Assembly: GCA_030704615.1 (NCBI GenBank)
Contig: CM060731.1
Span: forward strand, 57,226,001 to 57,290,000
Source: Takakia lepidozioides
Taxonomy: Eukaryota; Plantae; Bryophyta
DNA length: 64,000 bases
Direction: 5' to 3'
The notes under the pieces were generated by a model. That model saw nothing but the letters and a program-made list of their open reading frames with translations, did not search any database and was not told the origin of the DNA. A program made the position numbers and the translations under genes. Shown piece by piece: positions 24,428 to 37,549 of this stretch (position 1 is its first letter; each line of letters begins with the position of its first letter).

Positions 24428-25062
24428 TGTGACTCCCAGTGTTCTCAATAACACTTGAGCTGCCAATCTCAAACAAGCCAGAAAACTCTCCTGAAATCCC
24501 CTTCAAGAAAAGTGAGGTCTTTTTCTCTTGCTTCTAGTAACCGTCCAACATCCCAAAATTGAAGCTTTTAGTCTGACATGTTGGTTCAATTAATATCAAG
24601 AAAATTACACCATATTTTAATTGAATAATGAGAGGAAGATATACTTACTACTCCTTTGGCTGGGAGGGCACAGTCATCAGAAGGATTTGTAGCGGCTGTG
24701 GTGCGATGCTCAATTGTTGCGCAAAGGGTTGGGATTCTTGTTTGCTCGCATGTAAGTTTTGGGATAAAGTAAGTATATAGGAATAATGCCTCTCAAGTTT
24801 GTGGGGGCCTATCCATTAGAGGATGGTCCAGGAATTAAAAAGGGGGATAATAATATAATATTGACGCCTCCCGAAGCAAGTGTAAATTATGGTGTCTCTT
24901 CACCCCGAAGGATTACTGCCTTCGGCTAGGAAGGTGAACACCTTTGTGACACTAAGGGTGGATTGAACCCACAAGCACTTCCGAGGTGGTATGTGCCCAT
25001 TATCACTGGTCTACAATTTGGTTGTCAAAATGGGGATATATGTATCACAGCGGCATGAAAAA
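24428..25062. repeat. Right arm of the inverted repeat flanking PPR copy 1 (contains SINE copy B)
   Basis: E.g. AAACTCTCCTGAAATCCCCTTCAAGAAAAGTGAGGTCTTTTTCTCTTGCTTC matches the reverse complement of ~19011-19062. Confidence 0.85.
24850..25026 (-). mobile_element. tRNA-derived SINE, copy B
   Basis: Reverse complement GACAACCAAATTGTAGACCAGTG...GGTTCAATCC...GGGAGGCGTCAA is homologous to copy A. ~12-bp TSD-like AAAA(G/T)GGGGATA. Empty site at ~18685-18700. Confidence 0.85.
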
Positions 25063-25133
25063 CAAGCAGCTCATCGCGTAATGGCTCCTCCTTATGGTGA
25101 GTGCCTATTAGAGTATTGATGATGATATATGTT

Positions 25134-25850
25134 TGTCGCAAGGAGTGTAATTAGGTAATCTAAAGGCAATAAATACAGATTTACGGTCCGTCCAATATGC
25201 TTCTATAATGCCAAATATGATGCCAAATATGTAGTGTTGGTGAGGTGCATTTGTCTAAACATGGGAGATCCATAAATAGTAGTACTAATTATAAATTAAT
25301 AATACAAGTTAATTAATACAAATTAATAAAAGAAGTGTCACATTAGTGGAAAAAGTAACCACTTTCTGAAGGCTTACTGGGGGGAACTTTCCCGTGATTC
25401 TAGCAAACTAGCTAGCTAAACCGATCAGCGAAGAGAGCTGAGCTATGGAGGCTGGTGCCAGATCGAGCAGATGGAAATGCTACTAAGAGAGGATAGGTCT
25501 TCTAAGAGAATCTGAGAAGAGCGTAGAGAAAAGCAGTGGAGAATTGAGAAGGCATCGCAACACAGAATCAACAAGTGTCTGGAGCTGGAACAACACTTCC
25601 GGAAGAAGTGGGCGATTGCAGGGGTGGTGATTATTATCTGCAGAGTAACTTGGAGATACTAGAATTTCAAGTGCGCTTTAGACTTAGGATCTATAGCTCG
25701 TTTGTGACGCCAATTGAATTCAGTGTCCTCCCCATCACCAGGGGACCTCCCATTGAGCAGGGATGGATTCCTGCCATTGAATGCGTAAGTTGGGAAGAGA
25801 GGCTCCGAGCAGGTCATTTTTACCCCAGGTGCTGGCGAAATCTTGCAGCA
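25134..25850 (-). mobile_element. Putative 3' LTR of the minus-strand gypsy element, with PPT at 25851-25863
   Basis: TGTCGCAAG...CTTGCAGCA termini and adjacent minus-strand purine tract CAGGGGGAGGAGC. Partner LTR not seen. Confidence 0.5.
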
Positions 25851-26765
25851 GCTCCTCCCCCTGCGCTCTAAAGTACTAATTGAGAATTAGAGTTGTATGT
25901 GAAAATAAGACAATGAATTTTTGCAATTGATTTGTTGTTACGGTATTACTCTGTAAAAGATCTACATTAAAATCCTTATTATTATAGTTGGACATTGTGA
26001 AGTCATGATTCCGGCGCTATGGGTTTGTTCCTCTTCCTCTACCGGACTTAATCCTATCTGGGGAATGTAGTCGATAGATGGGCCTGGCAGAGAAGACGAA
26101 ATCTCACAAAGAGGACGCAACTGAATCAGACTTCCAAAACGCATTCATCCACACACTCAAGCACACCGTTACACCCAGCGTACACTCGCGTAAGACCCAA
26201 AAGCCACCACCACCACTGCCACGTCAGTCGAGCTTAGGTCGTAATCTAATCTTAGTGCCGCGTGACACTTACATATAGGCCAGCCAGATGCCCTTCCGGC
26301 ATAGCCATAGAAAGAAGCCAGATCACCCAGATCCATCCTAATCTAATCCTAAACTAGATGTTAGAATAAGACGGCACCTAATAAAGTCATCAGCTGTTGC
26401 CAGCACATCCTCATGCGCAAGGTGTAAGTTTATCCAGACTTCATCCTGGCTCCGTCCATCCCTAAATCATTCGGGGCGCATCCCTCCTCCGTTCATCCAA
26501 GTCGAAAAAGAAGGTAAGAATGAATCCCAGCTCCACATATGTGAAGTCTGCTGGGCCACTAGAAACTGTGAGCTCCTGCGAGTGATGAGCTCAGGAAGAA
26601 CAAAAACGAAGCCTAGCCAAAACAAACTACACACCCGACACACAAAGGATGAAAAAACCTAGGGAAGAAAATCTCACCCTGCAAGCTGGGTGGAGGACAA
26701 AACATCCCATAGGAAAAATCCCAAGTGCTACAATTGGTGCAGAAAACTGTCACGAAATTCAAAAA

Positions 26766-29700
26766 CTACTCTAAAGAAGAAGATGTCATGGTCTGATCAC
26801 AAGCTATCCGAGTTGTGGGGGTGAAGATCACCTGACGGTTCTCAACATTCAAACAGGTTAGATCAAAAGTAAGAGTGCATGGAACAAGCAATGAAATATG
26901 AATGGAGCTAGCTAGGTGAGGAGTAGAAGCATGCTGGGGGAGCAAGACATACTGCCTACCGGAAAGAATATCAGAGATAAGGTAAGAGCCATCAATCCTA
27001 CGTTTGGCCTTAGATATCTGCTTACCAGGCTGGAGCCTGACACAAACAGATTGGCCTACCTTGAATGATTCAGAATACACAACACGTTCCAGTCTGTTCC
27101 AATTCTTGGCCTAAGCAGCTTGGGCAAACACAATGTTAGATTTTTTTTGTTTCACGCAAACTACGACGTCTAGCATCCATGGAAAGCAAAAAGACTTCCC
27201 AATTCTCAGGCTCAGTTGTGGATACCTGCAGCCAGGAGATATGCAAAGGAGTTCTACATTTCCTACCATACAAAAGTTCAAAAAGTGAGATTTTGGTACT
27301 GGCATGGGTGAAAGTGGCAGCCCCCGTTCTCTTCCTTTCATGACCCTAACTTCATTTTCAGTTGGCTGCCTATGAGGAGGCAAGCAGACTGTAGGGCGCA
27401 GCTCAGTCCCTTGGTCGGGATACAAACCAAGGCAGACGCAAGACAAGATGAACAATCCTAAGGTAAGGGAAAGTACCAGACCCTACTGCAGGATGTCAGA
27501 CTAGAATTCATGCCAATACCAAAAGAAATTCAACCAACATCAAACTGAAGTAGATCCCAAGTATCAAGCAGATCTGGAGGAACATAAGGATAGTCTAGCA
27601 AATGACACAAGGCAAAGGGATCCGAAACAGTCACAGCGGGTGATGTAGAGCGTGCAGTATGAGAGACTAGGTCATTTAAGGTAGTGTAAGGTTCAGGGAT
27701 TTTGGGTTCGCCTCGAGTCAAAGCATATGCGTTAACATTGTCCTTCCCACGCTTGTAAGATATGGTGAAGTCATAGCCTTGCAGTATTAGAGCCCACCGA
27801 GCTAATCTGCCAGTGAGTTCACGAGGAGTTAGCAAGGCTTTCAAAGGTAAATGATCAGTTTCAATGGTAAAATGACAACCATGTAAATACTGCCTAAAAT
27901 ATTTGACTCCAAAGATAACTGCAAGGCCTTCCTTGTCAGTGATAGAGTAATTACGCTCATGTTTATCAAGGCGGCGGGAGGCGTAGGCAATGGCATGCTC
28001 CTGACCATCCTGAATCTGGCTCAACACTGCAGAGATAGCTAAATCACTGGCATCAGTTTGCAAGATAAATGGCAAGGTAAAATCAGGATAAGCAAGCACA
28101 GGAGCAGAGGTTAGTGCAATTTTGAGCTTCTCAAAGGCGGATATTTCAGCAGTACCCCACACAAAATGAGCATCCTTGGATAACAAGCGAGTGAGTGGAG
28201 CAGCTAGTTTGGCAAATTGAAAAATGAAGCAACGATAGTAAGAACCCAAGCCCAAGAAGGCCTTAACACATGTTTTATCTCTAGGGGTTGGATAGTTCTA
28301 CACAGTTTGGATCTTAGTTGGGTCAGGACTGATGCCAGCAGCAGAAAGCAGATGGCCCAAGAAATGGTGCTGTTCCATACAAAAATCACACTACTTGGCT
28401 TTAACTGTAAGCCCGGCTGCACGAAGTCTGCACACAACCCGTTGTAAATCCAGTAGATGAGCATCAAACGTTGTAGAATAAATGTTGATGTCATCAATGT
28501 AAACTAAAGCACACTCCCAAAGAAGGTTTCCTAAAACAATGTCCATAAGGCGTTGAAATGTAGCAGTGGCGTTGCAAAGGCCAAAAGGCATTGTTTCAAA
28601 TTGGAAGAGGCCCATCCTGCAAGTGAAGGCAACTTTCTCCTTAGCAGCAGCAGTTAAAGGAACTTGCCAAAAGCCAGAGGCTAAATCCAATGAAGAGAAG
28701 ATAGTGGCCCCATTAAGTTGATCTAGCGTTTCATTAATGCGTGACAAAGGGTAGACATCTTTCTTTGTAATGGCATTTAAACGCCGAAAGTCTACGCAAA
28801 AATGGGTTGAACCATCCTTCTTACCCACTAAGACAATGGGACTGGCCCAAGGGGATATGGAGGGGGTGATCACACCAGCATCAAGCATCTTGGTAATCTC
28901 TTCATGAATGACTTTGCGCTCACGAACACTCTCCCTATAAGCATGTTGTTTGATAGGCTTACCATCCGTGATGATGTCATGATCCAGAAGCGTGGTGCGG
29001 CTTAAGTCATGGGGCCCTTTACTAAAGATATCGAGATTGTCACGGAGAAACAGGTGCATGCGACTAATCTGTTGGGGAGTAAGGTGATCACCCACTTTGA
29101 TATCTTTCAAGACCTGCTGGAAATGTTGCTCGTGTTCGGGAGTAAGCATGCCATTGTCAGTGGAGCCGAAGTGAGAGGCAAACGCCTGGAGTTGGTCAAT
29201 GGGGGAGTCCACCAGTCTAATATCATGAAGACTGAGGCCTTTCTAAACAAAGGCCAACTCAGACAAAGGAGAAGCAGTGAGCCTAGCAAGGACCTGACCC
29301 TTGCGGATACTGATGCTGATACGTTCTGGATTAGCAACCAGTAATTTGACCTCTCCTTTAAATCCCCTGTCTAAAACCCCAGAAGCAATCAGATAGTGCT
29401 TTTGGAGGGTAAGTTTTTTCTAGCCTTCAACCTCAAGGAAATGACCTGTGGGGCAAGCAAAAGCTAAGCCTGTAGGTACTATGCGCTGAGAAAAAATTGG
29501 GATAATGAAGTCAATTGGAGAACGTAGCAACATGGTATTCTTTGCCACAGGCAAGGGAGGTCCAGACTTCTTACCTGGTGGAGGGAAATGCCATTGGTAC
29601 AAATTATCACCAAGTGGTTGGAACTGGCTGAATCTGGCCCAATTATAATGCAAACCCACTTGCTCCTTCATCTGCTCAGCTTGAAGCTTGAGACGAGAAT

Positions 29701-31174
29701 AGTTGGCCATAGAGGTCCCAGCGCAATAGGAACATGGCTTAGACTCACCTTGTAAGGTTGTCCCTCACCATTGTGAAGGCACATAAGATTGTTCATGATG
29801 TCAATGTTGGCCTCTGCACCCTTCATCCAATCCAGTCCCAGTAAAATTTGTTCACCCATGGTGACAATGCAGGTCAACAAGACAGTTTTCCCACTAATGC
29901 GGATAGGCAAGGTGACCAACCCTATGGGTTCATATGACGTGCCATCAGCTATGGTAACCTCAAGGCCACGGGCAGGGCTAATTTTTAATCCAAGAATGTG
30001 AACTGTACTGAGTAGAATGCTAGACATGGTACATCCGGTATCAATAACACAAGGAAAGGAAAGATGGCCCACATGACATTGTGTCATCAATGGGTGGATC
30101 CGGTCCCTACTGATGCGCTTATAGGCCTCACAATGCATGAGTTTGAAATCACGAGAAAGAACATCACTTACCAGCGTTTTGGGGTTCTTACCATGGTCAT
30201 CTGGCACCCTCACAGTCGACCGGGTTCGTTTAAAGTACCCTTCTGTTTTTGGTCTCTTTGCAACTGTTCAATCAGAGCAGATAAGTCAGATTGGTAAGGG
30301 CACCACCTGGTGTAATGCTTAGTAGACTTGCAGATCATGCATGCCACACTGAAGTCCTGGCTTCGTGACGAATGCCAGCATTGGTCTTACCTTGAGGCCC
30401 AGATTTGGCAGTGACTGTAGAGTTCCAGCCTACCTCGGCTTTGAAGGCTTGAAGTTCTCCCTGGATTTCATTACGAAAAGATGCCCTTTACAAAACAATG
30501 TTTCAAAATAGCAGGTCTCTCTGAGGCAATCAAAACTGACTTATAGATTGTAGTTCACAAGTCAGTGTAGTATTTCCACACACTGTCGCCATAATGAAAT
30601 TTTAAGTCTGGTGTGGTGTAAGCTATGGGTTTTTCTTCACGAAAGAGCTTGCGAGCCAATTCTCTGGCTTCTACCCAAGTAAGATCATTTTTGTCCTTAA
30701 TATTGGACTCTTGAACAGTTGTCTGCCCTCTCCCTTGAGACAAATCCGAAAAGACATTACTTGGAACCGTGGGGGAACTCCATTCATTTCAGTGCTGATT
30801 TCAAAAAATTCCAAGAAGGACTCAAAATCCTCCCCTAAGTTGTACTCAGGGTATTGTTGCTTTTGCATTCGCTCCCCATGATCAATTTTCTGTGGAGTGG
30901 TATCCGGAACTTTAGTTTGTTTTAGCAACATCTTTATAAGCGGGGGGCAATTTGAAATCACCCCCATGGCTTCACACAGCTCGTCCAAATCAAATGTGGG
31001 TTGAGGCACAGTCGCCGGATCCTTGTGATCTCTGGACGACTCTCCCCTTTCCATATTATTTCTTTCATTAGTTGCTGTCTCTTCCCTCTCCTCCGCTGCA
31101 CGTTTTTCCAACTCACTTAGTCCCATCGTCTTTTCTGCTTCTCTCTCTAGCATAGATCTTGTAAATACAGGCAT
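26766..31174 (-). mobile_element. Degenerate Ty3/gypsy element: gag, protease, dUTPase-like domain, RT, RNase H, integrase C-terminal remnant
   Basis: Protease VIDTG (30213-29668); [24 protein letters not shown] (29212-28391); RNase H TDASD and ETDH (28255-27530); GPY/SH3-like tail 27080-26766. Integrase core not seen. Confidence 0.9.
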
Positions 31175-32557
31175 GAGAAGAGGAATACACGGCTACCTAT
31201 CCGAAGGGGCATTGAGCTTTGAATCCACCCAGACACACAGTGAGATGTGATGAAGCGATGCTTGTGCAGCAGGTACACTCCTTCCCCCAAGAAAGCCCAC
31301 AGTTCTTCTTCACCCTTGAGCCAAAAAGTCACGCGCACGATGCTGCGTACCACCTTTTCCTTCACCAACAACGTATGGACAGGATATGCCTTGGCTGCTT
31401 CGGCCTTGTAGAGACCTACTGCTTCACGCCGAAAACACACCCCCGGAAAGATCAACACATCACTGGGACAAATCAAAGTCGGGAATACCAATGATGAGCT
31501 CTTCCCAAGTGGGATCCCGGGTAGGAGTTGGCGGAACTCGAGGCCTTAAATTAGCAAGCAGAATTGATGTACCTCCTTTAACCAGTTCCCACAATCGTAG
31601 AGGGCTCGGTTTGGCCTTGAATTGTCTTTTCTTTCTTGTAATAAAACAATGGCTTCGGATGATCTTCCCAAAACCAAGCCCACATGCATACTGAAATAGA
31701 TAACCCTCCGAGAGGCAATCCTGTCCCGGACATAAGGCCAGGTGAGGTAGGAGCCGTCCATGACGGTGCAACCTAAAAAGAACCTGGCATCTCTGAGTCA
31801 GCTTCGAGGGGAAGCAACATATAAACAGGGGACGGGCAGAGTAAGCACAGCTTACCAGAGAGGGCGAGAGCGGCTGCGCGTAAGGAGAGTGCCGAGCTGT
31901 CTTAGTGGACTTGACAAATGGGAGGAACCCAACATCGGCTTCTCTGTGGGCTGTGGGCGACGGGGCTGGAGAAGTGGCCGAGCCCAAGATGGCATTCACC
32001 AGGATGAAGCCTACAAAAAGAAGCAGCTTGTTGCTCCTCCAAGCGATCCGTCAAAGAGCTCCCTTCTGGTGAGCCAAGTCCTTCGCAGTCCCTGCATCTC
32101 TGACAATGTCCTCCCTGCACCCGCACAACAAGCACGGTATGAACAATGGAGGCCGCATCATACTCTACTGAGTTCTCCCAAAATGCACCAAAATGGACAG
32201 TGGTGTCATTTGAAAGATGGAAATGGAAAGGTTGCTCCGCAATGATGTTACCACCTAGCTTCAGAGATAGCTCCACCTCCTTGGATGCCGAATAGTAGGT
32301 AGCATGGTGGGTAGTGATCCAAGCTCCTGCCAAGCCTTCCAGGCCATTAGGCAGCAAGATAGAGTGGGGGTTTGCGGGCCCATTGATCTGCCCGTAGATG
32401 ATGGGAGTGATTGTAGATGATGGGAGTGATTTCGCACAGTGCGGAGGGGACATGGACCTGACAGCGGGCCCACTACATTAAAACGATCCCTATTGCCATG
32501 TTTATCTTATATATGAAAAAAACGTCAATTTCTTGGAATGGTGGAGGTTCTCCAGCA

Positions 32558-35500
32558 ATAGAGACCTGCGTCGGTGGACACTGGCAGTATCGCTTGTTGC
32601 ATGAAACTATGCATAGTTGTTTCATGCATGCTCCCAAATCTGGTCTACAACTGTAGCAATTGTGTTCTCAAGTGGGTGGCCTCTGTCCCCCAACCTTGAA
32701 CTCCAACATGAAAAAACCGATGTTATAGTGTGAGGGAGTCAAGCCGCATCAATCAATAACAACATACCCCAATACCCTTACAATCACTATATGAACTTTC
32801 AATGGGATTGGACCTTGGTGGGTTAAGGCTAGCTTTTGACAATATTCATGCAAGTTCGTCAAGGGCTCCATCCAAAGCCACACCACAAGAAACAAACAAA
32901 CATGTGCAAATTTAAGATACTGAACAAACTTGTGCACAGGGCTGCCCCTCTAATCAAGCTCATCAACATACATATTCACTTCCATCTTCAAGCTTTGGAG
33001 AAGCTCCACCACCCAAACCCAGAATTAGGACAGCACTCTGATTTCCATCCACTGTCACCGAAGTCAGTCCAATATCACCCCTTCAGTCAAGTCCAATTAT
33101 GGCCTGACTTCCCACCTATGCCGGGTAGACCCCAGTATCATTTCCCCTGGATATGCCACAGGAAATGCAATCAACAGTACATCATGGTCAATACTCTCAG
33201 GAAATGGTGGATGATTTGAGTAGCTACATAGATCAATGAATGAAGCCAGACACTCGCATCTTTCCAAGAAAACATCCTTTCACCAGTAATCCCCACAAGA
33301 ACAAATCCCATCTTCAAAGTGGTGAAAGCGGTTAGCGTCCCGTACAACAATTGCTCGGCCAACAATTTTTGAGATGAATTTGGTGGAGGTGTGGCAGTCA
33401 CCACACACTCGAAGATTCTTGATGAGACGGAGAGGCGTCCTAGGGGTTGTGCTGATCAGCCCAAAACCAATGGCCAGCTTCTCACTGTGGTGGCAAAGAG
33501 AAAATTCCTTTTCCTCCTCCCCCACATCGTGCAATACAAAGCGCGTGTCAGGCACATACCCCGCCTCCTTCATCTCCCCAGACAATCTTCTCAGCTCAGC
33601 ATGGATTTCCTTAATTCTGGGATGCAACTTGTCATCTACAACGAAGGTGTGCACCCTGTTGCCAACCTCAATGCAGCAGCGACCTGGCTCCTTTCTAACC
33701 CCTCTGACCTTCATCATTCTTCTCACCTTTGCAGTATCATCCCACCTGCCAGCTGCAGCATAGATGTTGAGAGCAACACATAAGTCGCGGCATCCTGTTC
33801 ATCCCACGTGAGGATAGATGTTGCCGCACGTTCAGCCATCTCCACATTGCCATGGATTCTGCAGGCACCAAGCAAGGCCTTCCACACCACAGCATCTGGA
33901 TTGATTGGCATTTTATTAATCAGGTCCACTGCCTCATCCAGTTGTCCCGCACGTCCAAGAAGGTCCACCATGCAGCCAAAGTGCTTTACCGTCGGAGTGA
34001 CACCATGATCTTGAATCAGGGAATCAAAGTAGCGTCTTCCTTCATTCAGTAGGCCAGCGTGGCTGCATGCAGAGAGAACACATATATAGGTGATACTGTC
34101 CGGCTTCAAGCCGTTCTTTTGCATTCCTTCAAATAGTTGCACGACCTCCCTATGACAACCATGCTGTGCATATCCTGCGATCATCGCACTCCACGACACC
34201 ACATTACGTTCAGCCATATTGTCGAACACTCCCTTTGCATCCTCCATGCACCCACATTTGGCATACATGTCCACAAGGGTATTGTTCAGAATCACATCTG
34301 GTACAATTCCAGCTTTGGTGATGCAACCATGCACCTCTTTGCCCTTTTCCAGGGCTGCCAGGCTTGCACACGCACTGCAAACACACACAAATGTGATGTG
34401 GTCGGGCTTCACCCCTTCCCCCATCATTTGCTCATACGTCTCCAAAGCCTCCATCCCGCACCCTTGCTGTGCACACCCTGCGATCATCGCACTCCACGAC
34501 ACCACATCTCGTTCAGCCATATTGTCGAACACTCCCTTTGCATCCTCCATGCTCCCACATTTCGCATACATGTCCACCAGGGTATTGTTCAGAATGACAT
34601 TTGGTACAATTCCAGCTTTGACGATGTCGCCATGCACCTCTTTGCCCTTTTCCAGGGCTGCCAGGCTTGCACACGCACTGCAAACGCACACAAATGTGAT
34701 TTGGTCGGGCTTCACCCCTTCCCCCATCATTTGCTCATACGTCTCCAAAGCCTCCATCCCGCGCCCCTGCTGTGCATACCCTGCGATCATCGCGTTCCAC
34801 GACACCACATTTCGTTCAGCCATATTGTCGAACACTCCCTTTGCATCCTCGATGCTCCCACATTTGGCATACATGTCCACAAGGGTATTGTTCAGAATCA
34901 CATCTGGTACAATTCCAGCTTTGACGATGTCACCATGCACCTCTTTGCCCTTTTCCAGGGCTGCCAAGCTTGCACACGCACTGCAAACACACACAAACGT
35001 GATGTGGTCGGGCTTCACCCCTTCGCACATCATTTGCTCATAGGTCTCCAAAGCCTCCATCCCGCGCCCCTGCTGTGCATACCCTGCAAGCATCGCGTTC
35101 CACGACACCACATTTCGTTCAGCCATATTGTTGAACACTCTCTTTGCATCCTCGATGCTCCCACATTTCGCATACATGTCCACTAGGGCAGTGTTCAGGA
35201 TCACATCTGGTACAATTCCAGCTCTGATGATGTCGCCATGCACCTCTTTGCCTTTTTCCAGGGCTCCCAGGGTTGCACACGCACTGCAAACGCACACAAA
35301 TGTGATGTGGTCGGGCTTCACCCCTTCCCCCATCATTTGCTCATAGGTCTCCAAAGCATTCCTACCACACCCATGCTGGTAAATCCTGCCAACATTATAT
35401 TCCACGTGATCAAAGATCGTTGAGGCAGTCTGTTGAACACTTGGTGAGCATCCATGATGCTCCCGCACTTAACATACATGTTGACAAGGGTGTTGAGTAG

Positions 35501-37549
35501 AAAAACATTTGGCGTGAATCCACTTTGGATAATGTGAGTGTGCACCTGCTTTCCAGCTTCCAGGCCTTTCACCTTGATGCACTTATGCAAGAGACAGACA
35601 TACGTTTCTGAATCTGCTGAAATGCCTCCTTGGTTTAAAGTCTGTAGAGCCTCTTTCAGTCTGCCTGCCTCACAAAGCATCTTCACATGCCCAGAAGTGC
35701 CAGAAGACGCACTGTGGACTCCCGCTCTTGATCCTCTTCCAGAAGCTGTGGTCATGGTTAAGGTGCCTGATTTTATCAAACTGTGCCGCTGCAGCTGCTG
35801 CCTTTAGTTGACCATCTACCCATGTAGGTTTCTTGAAGCTATTGAGCCACAGGGAATCATAGGTAATCTTGTGCTTGAAATCTGGCCCTCTTGGATGAAT
35901 CTGTTCCCACACTCTACCCCTGCTCCTTCAGCTATCCATGCCTCTGCACAAATCATGCATTCATCCTTGACTTGCTGCTAGCAGCTGACAATGACAGCCT
36001 AGATTTGTTCTAGGAAACACCCAACTCAGCTAACCGCACTAGTTCCTATGCTGAATTGCGTCTGCTACTCTCTGTAATCTAACAGGCATTCACCTTTTGG
36101 CCTCGGTTGTCCCACCATTGACTGGGGTCAGAAAAGTATTCATTCCACAGCTTCTCCTCATCTCTGTTACCTGTTTTTCGATACTTTCCTGTTGTCACAT
36201 TGGCAGTATCATGTCAAAGTCACTCCAAACTAGATTCACTCAACCGGCTAACTTGCAGAATTCAACGTGGAAATTTAGGGTTGGTTCTGATAAGAGGGAA
36301 AAACAGGCTGAAATGTGTTGAAGAAGGTGCCTTCATTAGCAGTGCCTGATTTTATCAATTGTGCCGATGCTGCTGCGGCTTCCAGTTGACCATCTACCCA
36401 TGCAGGTTTCTTGTAGCCATCCTTCCACAGGGAATCATAGGTAATCTGGAGCTTGAAATCCGACCCTCTTGGATGAATCTGGACCCACACTCCATCCCTG
36501 CTCCTTCAGCTAACCATGCCTCTGGACATATAATGCATACATCCTTGCCTTGCTGCTAGCAACTGACAATGACAGCCTAGAATTCTTCGGACGATACTTA
36601 TCACACTAGTTCCTATGCTGACTTGCATCTGCTTCCAGGCATTCACCTTTTTGTCTCCATTGTCCCACCATTGACTGGGGTCGCCAAAGTGTTCATTCCA
36701 AAGCTTCTCCTCATCTCTGTCATCTGTTTTTGGATTCTTTCCTGCTGCCACATCGGCAGTAACTTGGCAAAGTCATTCCAAACCACCACAGATCCACTGC
36801 AACATTCGGCAAATGAAAGGCTACAACTTGGATGCAGACACCATATTCAATATGCAAATTCAGGGCCGAGTCTGATGAGAGGGCAAAACAGGCTGAAATA
36901 GGTCGAAGAAGAAGGTGCCCTCACCACATTGTCCTTGCCCTTGTGTCATGACCCATGGCGGATTTGACCGACTATCAACCCAAAAGGACCTCTTGTGTGT
37001 GCTGCTTGTGTCGGTAGTGAGGTAATGTCGGGTTGGTCTGTGAGAACCACCACGGTGCAGCTGAGCAAGGCAGAGATTGAATCACGGCCTGCTAAGACCA
37101 AGCTGACTCTCCCAAGAACCTTGTAAACATCAGGAAGAGTACCAAATCATTGTATTAACAGGAGCCAAGAGCCCACATTTGCAGGATGGACAAACTTCTT
37201 CACATCGTACATTGAGAAAAAGCCACACCTTGCGATTGCGGTTGTCCCACCATTGTGAAGGATCTTTATAAAACTCATGCCAGCTCTGCTCCGTGCTCCA
37301 AGGTAGAGGTTTGTGCTCGAAAATCCGACAGCATCAACATTTTGACAAGGTCCTTTACTGAGGGGTGCTAGTGAGCTTTCAACAACATTCATGCAAGTTG
37401 TTTTGGGCTCCATTGGGCTCTACCCGATGAGGAACAACGAACATGTCCAGACTTACACAGATGGTAACCCAGCTTATGTTTGCAGTCTGGAGATTGTAGA
37501 GTGGTCTGTGAAAACGACCAGGGAGGAAGGCGCTGAGCAGCCAGAGTCT
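32558..37549. repeat. Direct segmental duplicate of 19122-24166 (~5 kb)
   Basis: Collinear homology from ATAGAGACCTG to GAGCAGCC(A)AGAGTCT. Confidence 0.95.
33280..37278 (-). pseudogene. PDF-PPR-DYW copy 2; three 1-bp frameshifts (~35779, ~35377, ~33767); pseudogene or assembly errors
   Basis: Same exon layout as copy 1. E/DYW protein sequence identical to copy 1 apart from the frameshift. All three indels sit in short homopolymers. Confidence 0.8.
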
